A stretch of 64,000 nucleotides of DNA. It comes from a virus. Taxonomy: Duplodnaviria > Caudoviricetes. The stretch is taken from positions 128,001-192,000 of the IMG/VR virus record IMGVR_UViG_3300037067_015585; one strand, written 5' to 3'. Below are positions 57,630 to 64,000 of the stretch, piece after piece (the first letter of the stretch is position 1; each line of letters begins with the position of its first letter). A model generated the notes under the pieces. It was not told where the DNA came from. It worked only from the letters and a program-made list of their open reading frames with translations, and did not search any database. The position numbers were made by a program, and so were the translations under genes.

Positions 57630-58366
57630 CGTCTGCTAGAGAGGTATTCAGAAATTTCTCTAGCCAATCGTTTCTGATATGTCTCAGCTGTGAACACGCC
57701 CTTTGGAATATTCTTCATTGTACGGTTCAATGGCTTCAGCCTGCCTTCACAAATGTGAAGAATTGCGCCGGTCACACTTGGCTCAGCGACTGCATCCCAT
57801 GTAACAAATCGATAACCTTCTGTTACATAATATGTCTCTTGACCGCCTTGGTCTCGAACATCCATATCACCAATACCACGTGAAGAAATACCGATAGTTC
57901 CGCGTTTGATTAGAGTCTTCAATTGATGGCCGAATGGAAGCTCATCAATGATTTCTGCTTCACCATAAACATTCTTGCCTTCCATCCATATCTTGGTTAG
58001 AAGGTGCGAGATTCTATCAAGGTGAATTTTGGCGTCTGCTGGGTGATCAAATTCACCCCAAACAGATCGACCAGCTAAATCCTCCTGGATAGCCTCAACT
58101 GCCTCTCTGACAACTGGCCGTGGGTAGATTCGGCCATTCGCATTCATATCATCGGCGACTTGGAAAATACCAGTGATTCGTGTTATTGGGGCTCCACCAA
58201 GAGCACCTTCACCAATGACCTGTTTAGTGTCAAGAATCTTAAGTGGCCAAACATCCTGTAGTAATTGCTGACCCTCTGGCATAAAACCAGTTTGTGCAAC
58301 AAGACCACGGTTAAAGCTCGTTCTCGGATTATATCGGCCAATTCTGTTTGCTCTTGTCACTAACAT
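57626..58366 (-). CDS. Prohead core protease (T4 gp21-like)
   Basis: NANGRIYP, GEFDHP, ISHL, GISSRGIG, WDAVAEPS. Confidence 0.88.
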   Translation of the reverse strand: MLVTRANRIGRYNPRTSFNRGLVAQTGFMPEGQQLLQDVWPLKILDTKQVIGEGALGGAPITRITGIFQVADDMNANGRIYPRPVVREAVEAIQEDLAGRSVWGEFDHPADAKIHLDRISHLLTKIWMEGKNVYGEAEIIDELPFGHQLKTLIKRGTIGISSRGIGDMDVRDQGGQETYYVTEGYRFVTWDAVAEPSVTGAILHICEGRLKPLNRTMKNIPKGVFTAETYQKRLAREISEYLSSRR

Positions 58367-58422
58367 AGCATACTCCAGTTCTAGTACTAATACTACTATA
58401 TATCTTTGATGACAGACATAAG

Positions 58423-58458
58423 CAAACGGGTAGTTCTATTGCTAGAACTACCCGTTTG
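58423..58458 (-). terminator. 16-bp hairpin with GCAA tetraloop on the minus strand
   Basis: CAAACGGGTAGTTCTA/TAGAACTACCCGTTTG. Confidence 0.7.
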
Positions 58459-58479
58459 TGAGTATGCTAAACAGTAACA

Positions 58480-59748
58480 TTATTGCGGTGCCGGTGTTGG
58501 CTGACCCTTAATCTTCATTTTTGGATTCATATCGAGCGATAAATCCTTAGCAGCCTTAATTGTCAACAGACTAATGAGATCTGTCGCACCGCTACCAGAA
58601 GCCTGTTGAGCGTTGCCGCCCATAATGATCGATGGGACCCAAGCACCCTCATGCTTGGCGATAGCATCAGCATAGAATTTATTGACTTCAATATATGCCT
58701 CAATTTTCTTCTCTAAGGCACCATCGGCCTCCATTACGAGCTTACGGCGAGCGGCTTCACCTTCTCCCTTAAGAGTTTCAGCGAGCTTGAATTGCTCTGC
58801 AGCTTTCGTATCAAGTGTTGCAACAGCTAGTCTTTGCTGAGCAAGAGTTTCCGCAACTTTCTTGTCCTGTTCAGCCTTCGTTACTTCTTTAGCCATAATG
58901 GTCTTTTGTTCCCATTCGGCGCGTGCCGCATTGGCCTCACCTTGTTTTTTGGAAGTCAACGCATCTTGCTCAGCCTTTTTAGCGTCAGCCATTGCAATTT
59001 GCACTTGCATAGTTAGCTGCTGCTGCTGGTTGATTTGATCTTCAACTTGTTTGTCGTATACGACGTCATTTATGCTCAAGTTAAAGACTTTAATACCGAA
59101 TTCCTTTAGCGGGCTTTCTTCTGCTCTCTTTGGTGCGCCAGTTTTGTCGAGAACAAGCTCAACCCTTGCAATCGTCTTTTCTTGGCCGGTTAAAGAATCG
59201 ACAGTTTTATCCTGAACTGTACGTGTGAGATATACGCCATTCTGGATTTGATCCTCAATCAGATTTAGCAGTTCATTGCGTCGTTCAGCATACGATTCCT
59301 TAGAACTCATTGTTGGACCGGTCATATAGATCGACTTCTGTACGATCGTTTTCACCAGCTGTTGTTCAACAGCCAAAGTGCTTCCAAATTTCTGGTGTAT
59401 CGCGGTTAAATGCTCATTATCTAATGGCATTTCCCAACTAATACCGCCAGAAATTGTGGCGTGTCCGCCATCGTTGAATCTGATTTTTATTGATTCGTCG
59501 GCACTCGTCCCCTGGTCCTTTTTCGAAGAGAACCAAAATTGTGATCGGCGTTCGTACTTTGTGACCTTACCGAACATCTGTACCTTAACACCAGATGTCA
59601 CATACCAATCATAATTGCCACTAACAGGAGCCTGGATCACCATAATTTGACTGGCATCCAAATTTTCGAACAGGCTGTTCAGAGACAGCAGCAGGCTTAT
59701 TAGTACAATGCCCGCTAACACAAGCGCGATGATTCTTTTGTTAGTCAT
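58480..59748 (-). CDS. SPFH/Band 7-like membrane protein
   Basis: N-terminal TM helix, IRFNDGG, AE-rich coiled coil. Confidence 0.75.
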   Translation of the reverse strand: MTNKRIIALVLAGIVLISLLLSLNSLFENLDASQIMVIQAPVSGNYDWYVTSGVKVQMFGKVTKYERRSQFWFSSKKDQGTSADESIKIRFNDGGHATISGGISWEMPLDNEHLTAIHQKFGSTLAVEQQLVKTIVQKSIYMTGPTMSSKESYAERRNELLNLIEDQIQNGVYLTRTVQDKTVDSLTGQEKTIARVELVLDKTGAPKRAEESPLKEFGIKVFNLSINDVVYDKQVEDQINQQQQLTMQVQIAMADAKKAEQDALTSKKQGEANAARAEWEQKTIMAKEVTKAEQDKKVAETLAQQRLAVATLDTKAAEQFKLAETLKGEGEAARRKLVMEADGALEKKIEAYIEVNKFYADAIAKHEGAWVPSIIMGGNAQQASGSGATDLISLLTIKAAKDLSLDMNPKMKIKGQPTPAPQ

Positions 59749-59989
59749 CTTTTTCACTTTCTTCTTTTAGGGTTTTAGCTGTTTTCTTTAAACTCTTCAA
59801 TTTACGTTTAGCGGTATTAATAACCACTTCTTCACGAACTTCTGATAATTCCTCTTCCACTCTAACCAGTTTCTTACGAAATATTGGGAATATTCTATCT
59901 CCTTTCCATAGTGGCATGAATATTTGTGTTGCAAATACTAATATGATTATGGCTGCAATAAGCCATTGCATTACCTCAAGGAAGACCAT
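59741..59989 (-). CDS. Small membrane protein coupled to the SPFH gene
   Basis: TM helix plus basic coiled tail. Confidence 0.6.
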   Translation of the reverse strand: MVFLEVMQWLIAAIIILVFATQIFMPLWKGDRIFPIFRKKLVRVEEELSEVREEVVINTAKRKLKSLKKTAKTLKEESEKDD

Positions 59990-60222
59990 AGTAATTCTCC
60001 ATCATCAGATTGTGTTGTATGGACATTATTAGCGTCTGAAACTGGGATACTCACGTCTGCATCCCAACCACCCCAGCTATTGCAATACGATTCAGATGTT
60101 CCCTTAATTTCGTGCAATTTATTGGCGATTAGTGATTTATCTGTAGCGTGCCCCCACCAATAGAACCCATGTAATTCGCAGGTCATAGCTTCGTTTAAAT
60201 TATTCAGTTCAACTAACATCAC
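59971..60222 (-). CDS. Hypothetical protein
   Basis: 83-aa ORF. Confidence 0.45.
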   Translation of the reverse strand: MMLVELNNLNEAMTCELHGFYWWGHATDKSLIANKLHEIKGTSESYCNSWGGWDADVSIPVSDANNVHTTQSDDGELLWSSLR

Positions 60223-60265
60223 CTATAAAATACAGCAATGCCGATATGGTATTTAACACAATATT

Positions 60266-60445
60266 ATGAGTAATAAATGGACACCAGAATTTGAAGAAAT
60301 GTGGCGGTGCAGACTTAGAGAGATGAATGACGACAAACAGCCGTTTCGGAAATTTATCGAAGCATTAGTGGAGTCTGAAATATTAGACGCATTCAAATTA
60401 GCTCTTGACGAAATAGAGCGTCTACGTAGAGTGTCGCCAACTTGA
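60266..60445 (+). CDS. 59-aa hypothetical protein (not in the ORF track)
   Basis: MSNKWTPEFEEMWRCRLREM...; GTATTT motif upstream. Confidence 0.45.
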   Translation: MSNKWTPEFEEMWRCRLREMNDDKQPFRKFIEALVESEILDAFKLALDEIERLRRVSPT

Positions 60446-60706
60446 TCACTTGGCAGTCGGCCCTGTAGCTCCAGTTGCGCCAGTAGTAGTTGTTTTCTGA
60501 AATCTTGTTATTAAATCCTGAACCAATACTGTTCCGACTGAGAAGACAGAGAAAAACCATACGGCACTAAGGCCAAACGCCTTCAATATATTCCTAATTG
60601 GTTGATTAGGATTAGCTACCTTAGTCGTCGTATAAAATGGCGCAGCTGATGCTACCCAGCCACCGAAGTACGCGGCAATTAATAATCTTAGCATAATATC
60701 CCTCAC
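60446..60706 (-). CDS. Small two-TM membrane protein
   Basis: Two hydrophobic segments; GAGG RBS. Confidence 0.55.
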   Translation of the reverse strand: MRDIMLRLLIAAYFGGWVASAAPFYTTTKVANPNQPIRNILKAFGLSAVWFFSVFSVGTVLVQDLITRFQKTTTTGATGATGPTAK

Positions 60707-60743
60707 TTTCTACTTTATATTTCACCGGCAACGTACGTAGATT

Positions 60744-61562
60744 ATGCTTGAATTTCCACCAGTAATACGAATCGAAACAACTAATGCGTGCAATGCAAAA
60801 TGCATTATATGTCCGCATAGTAATATGCAGCGACAGGTACGTATTATGCCTGATATACTACTTGAGAAAATAGTAGAGGAATGTGCAATAAACAGACCAA
60901 GAGAGATACATTTGCACAACTTTGGTGAACCGTTATTGGATGCTGATTTGGAAGACAGAATTAGATTTATAAAGAAAAAGTGTAGAGTTTATGTTAAAAT
61001 CTTCACAAATGGCTCCCTGCTAACTACCGACAGAATAGAAAAACTATTAGCTAGTGGTATAAACGAAATCAAAATAAGTGTCGATGGATCGACACCAAAA
61101 GAATACGAGAGAATTAGACCTCCACTAAAATGGGATGAGATCTTAAACAATATTAAAAATCTCATAAAAGCACGTGACACATTAAAGTCAAGAACTAAAA
61201 TTTATGTTACATGTTGCACAGACAAAAGCGCATCGTTGTTATTAAGCGATCTTCCAATACAATCAATACAATATGCAATGGGGCCAAAGCATAATTGGGG
61301 CGGGCAACATGGCAATAAAGTGAAGGGTAAGTTCATAAAATGTAATCGATTATGGCGAACTTTCACAATTTTAGTCGATGGCATGGTAGTTCAATGCCAT
61401 GCTGATGTTCATGGGAAATATAACCTTGGCAATATTTATACACAAACCATTAAAGAGATTTGGAATAGCCCAGAATATAATACTATAAGAGCTATGCACG
61501 AGCAGTCAAAACAAGCTGATTTAAATTTATGTCGCGATTGTTCTCAATGCAGAAGATTATAG
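60744..61562 (+). CDS. Radical SAM protein with SPASM/twitch domain
   Basis: CNAKCIIC, GEPLL, TNG, SVDG, C-terminal CRDC. Confidence 0.88.
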   Translation: MLEFPPVIRIETTNACNAKCIICPHSNMQRQVRIMPDILLEKIVEECAINRPREIHLHNFGEPLLDADLEDRIRFIKKKCRVYVKIFTNGSLLTTDRIEKLLASGINEIKISVDGSTPKEYERIRPPLKWDEILNNIKNLIKARDTLKSRTKIYVTCCTDKSASLLLSDLPIQSIQYAMGPKHNWGGQHGNKVKGKFIKCNRLWRTFTILVDGMVVQCHADVHGKYNLGNIYTQTIKEIWNSPEYNTIRAMHEQSKQADLNLCRDCSQCRRL

Positions 61563-61988
61563 ATTAGCTACTGATAGTTTAAACTCTGGCTTGTTAAATT
61601 TGTGACGCATTCCACTTTCTCTATGACCCATGAAATATTCAATTCTTGGGTGTAATTTTGCTATTTGAGCGAGTAGCTGTCTTAAGTTTGTATGGCCTGG
61701 AGACGGAGCATTACTGTTTCGGCGATTTGAACCTTTGCCAATCCAGTCTATCCATGCTATGCCAGTTGAATTGTTGATTATTAACTCTACTCTAGCATCA
61801 ATTCCAAATTTCGAACCAGTTTCGCGTGTTGACTCTAAGAACGCTAAATATGTGATAAATTCAAGCTCATTGCCCTTTTTGGCATTAGTCTCACTATGCA
61901 TATAAGTATCGTTAGGCGACATCTCTTTATACGATTCAATAACGTCTAATTTCCAATCAGTTGATTCTGATATTAGTGATAATCGCAT
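61557..61988 (-). CDS. Hypothetical (putative virion) protein
   Basis: MRLSLISES N-terminus. Confidence 0.55.
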   Translation of the reverse strand: MRLSLISESTDWKLDVIESYKEMSPNDTYMHSETNAKKGNELEFITYLAFLESTRETGSKFGIDARVELIINNSTGIAWIDWIGKGSNRRNSNAPSPGHTNLRQLLAQIAKLHPRIEYFMGHRESGMRHKFNKPEFKLSVANL

Positions 61989-61991
61989 GCA

Positions 61992-62426
61992 CTATTTTTG
62001 CACATCTACCATAGCCGATCTAATGCGGTCTTCAACATCATAGATACGTGTGAATGACGATTCTGACCAATTAGCACCACGTGTGTTTTTGCGTCTAGCA
62101 GATATAATTTGTTGGTCATTATCGCGATCGTTTCTCAGCCAATATAGACCTGGCAGGCCAATAATGGTATAAATGTTGCGACCAACAAAAGTCATCGCTG
62201 TGTTTTCAGCAACCGGTAAATTAGATATATCGGTTTTGTCTTTTGTCTTGACCATACTTCTCAGACTTATTATTTCATCGGATGCACCGATCATCAGATT
62301 ATAGATCAAACACATCTCACATATATGGCCAACTGAAATATCACATTTGCACCCATATTTATTTGAAAAGAGTTTTGCCATCTCTTTTAAATCTTCTGGA
62401 AGCTGTTCTTTATTGTTGCCAAGCAT
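61992..62426 (-). CDS. Hypothetical protein
   Basis: 144-aa ORF. Confidence 0.5.
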   Translation of the reverse strand: MLGNNKEQLPEDLKEMAKLFSNKYGCKCDISVGHICEMCLIYNLMIGASDEIISLRSMVKTKDKTDISNLPVAENTAMTFVGRNIYTIIGLPGLYWLRNDRDNDQQIISARRKNTRGANWSESSFTRIYDVEDRIRSAMVDVQK

Positions 62427-62436
62427 AATCGTGATC

Positions 62437-62793
62437 CTATAGATTTAAATTTAGTAATCCGATGCCGACGAGTAGATGTATTAACTGATCTATTGCAATG
62501 CGATTCCAAAACTGCTTCTCATCATATGGATTTTCGGTTTTCGGCTTGAATGTACTCCATACAATATGATCTTGACCACCATGTAACATGCCATATACGA
62601 CAGCGACAATGACTGCTTGATTTATATTGTAAACACACATACTAGCTATTATAAATCCAAATGTTACTATGAAAGCGTGAAAAAGCAATGCAAACAAATT
62701 ATGCGATTTATTAACAGCTATCCATCTAGGCTGTAAAATCCAATCGAACACAAAATGCTGTGTAATTAAAACTGCAACACTAACTGTTGTCAT
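62437..62793 (-). CDS. DUF3307-like membrane protein
   Basis: HFVFDWILQ...K...H...HxxxD...DQLIH. Confidence 0.75.
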   Translation of the reverse strand: MTTVSVAVLITQHFVFDWILQPRWIAVNKSHNLFALLFHAFIVTFGFIIASMCVYNINQAVIVAVVYGMLHGGQDHIVWSTFKPKTENPYDEKQFWNRIAIDQLIHLLVGIGLLNLNL

Positions 62794-63208
62794 TTGTATC
62801 GCCTAGTATTTCATCCCGCACCCAACGCGCAGCCCAATTGGTGTTTTCTTGTGTCTCAGGCTCTACTTCTTTGTCGTCTTGTCTGTAGCATCCTGCACAT
62901 ACAATATCTACTGGTTTACCATGTAACCCATCAGAAAGAACGATTCCACCACCAAGTAGCAACTCACCACACCTATCGCACTTAGGGCATGTCTTTTCTG
63001 CAAAATTGAACAACACTTGCATTATCGCCACAGCTTCATCGATGAATTCAGATTCACTTGTTGGTGCCCAGTTCATACCGTGGCCATTACCATCATCGCC
63101 GTGACAATTACATTGGCAACAAGGCTCTAAGCTGCCACATTCTGTGCAAGTGTGTTTGGCATCAGACCAAGATTTTAAACGTTCAATGAATTTTGGTATA
63201 TCCATCAC
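62780..63208 (-). CDS. Cys-rich hypothetical protein
   Basis: Multiple CxxC. Confidence 0.5.
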   Translation of the reverse strand: MMDIPKFIERLKSWSDAKHTCTECGSLEPCCQCNCHGDDGNGHGMNWAPTSESEFIDEAVAIMQVLFNFAEKTCPKCDRCGELLLGGGIVLSDGLHGKPVDIVCAGCYRQDDKEVEPETQENTNWAARWVRDEILGDTNDNS

Positions 63209-63450
63209 AGTCTTATCCTTATGAGTTCATTTAGACATATAGGTTTATCTGAATCGCGTGGCAAAACAACCCACTCATCGTGTAGGCTTTTTGATAACAG
63301 ATAGGACCGATATAAGTGCAAAGCTTTCTTAATTGTAACATCTTCATTTAGTCCTGTCAATCCACAAAGTCGTTTGATTTCCTCATCGATATCGTGGTTG
63401 GTCGTCATTTTACGCCCAATTTTCTGGGTGAAAGTACCTTTTTCGGACAC
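63205..63450 (-). CDS. Small hypothetical protein (start uncertain)
   Basis: ORF coupled to neighbours. Confidence 0.4.
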   Translation of the reverse strand: MSEKGTFTQKIGRKMTTNHDIDEEIKRLCGLTGLNEDVTIKKALHLYRSYLLSKSLHDEWVVLPRDSDKPICLNELIRIRL

Positions 63451-64000
63451 CTACGTACGCACTTTGATCTGCACCATCATGAAACTGTCCGTTGCCAAGC
63501 TTTGACGCTGAAGCGTAATGACTATCCTTCATTGATTTTGGTACTTCGACACGAATGCCATGTCTTACATCTTCGACCGCAGCACGAATCGCATCATGTG
63601 ATGTCTTATCTCGTTTACTAGTAGCAATAAGACATGTTGCTTGTGCTAGGACTAAATCGCATTCTGGACGCCCAATTTCGCATGCTGCTACATATGCCGC
63701 GTGTGCTACCGCAGTACATATCGGGTTCGAATAAGCATCTTCAGCTGCAGCGACGAGCAACCTGCGTGCTATATATCGAGGATCTTCGCCAGATTCTAAC
63801 CAAGCAGCTAAAGCATAGATTGCTCCATCAGGATCGGACGCTTGAATCGAACCCTGAAACCAGCTAGCATAGTCATACTTGTCATCTTCTGAACGTCTGT
63901 AATATTTAGATGGCGCGATTTTCTTAGCGTTCTTTAAATTTATGTCGCAGTCATAATTGTAAATGGCTTCAAGAATGGAAACAGCTTTTCTAGCATCACC
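63410..64000 (-). CDS. rarA: RarA/MgsA replication-associated AAA+ ATPase, 3' part (starts beyond the window)
   Basis: GDARKAV...SIQASDPDGAIYALAAWLESGEDPRYIARRLLVAAAED...IGRPEC...KDSHY. Confidence 0.88.
   Translation of the reverse strand, partial: GDARKAVSILEAIYNYDCDINLKNAKKIAPSKYYRRSEDDKYDYASWFQGSIQASDPDGAIYALAAWLESGEDPRYIARRLLVAAAEDAYSNPICTAVAHAAYVAACEIGRPECDLVLAQATCLIATSKRDKTSHDAIRAAVEDVRHGIRVEVPKSMKDSHYASASKLGNGQFHDGADQSAYVGVRKRYFHPENWA

Noticed and set aside
1-64000. Alternative genetic code (stop-codon reassignment)
   Set aside because: Known genes are full-length in code 11 and end in TAA, TAG and TGA

Overview
AT-rich, gene-dense 64 kb segment that reads as part of a large (jumbo-type) dsDNA phage genome. 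It has a T4 gp21-like prohead protease, a gp55-like sigma fragment, SbcC/SbcD (gp46/47-like) nuclease subunits, a DinG-like helicase, dUTPase, RarA, CsrA, two DksA/TraR-type zinc fingers, KamA, a PurZ-like synthetase, about ten glycosyltransferases with methyltransferases, and many short hypothetical genes. No rRNA, canonical tRNA or CRISPR array was seen. The best candidate for an undescribed system is at 33.5-36.1 kb. There a stand-alone group II intron-like reverse transcriptase (YADD, PFG in place of PQG, no intron RNA downstream) is preceded by two divergent copies of a ~150-nt structured element with covarying stems, and each copy is paired with one of two paralogous small ORFs. Other notable non-coding features are a circularly permuted tRNA-mimic (Y RNA/YrlA-like) at ~21 kb, a ~700-nt repeat- and hairpin-rich region at 24.3-25.0 kb, and a recurrent GTATTT upstream motif. 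All calls come from manual motif reading; no database searches or folding programs were run.
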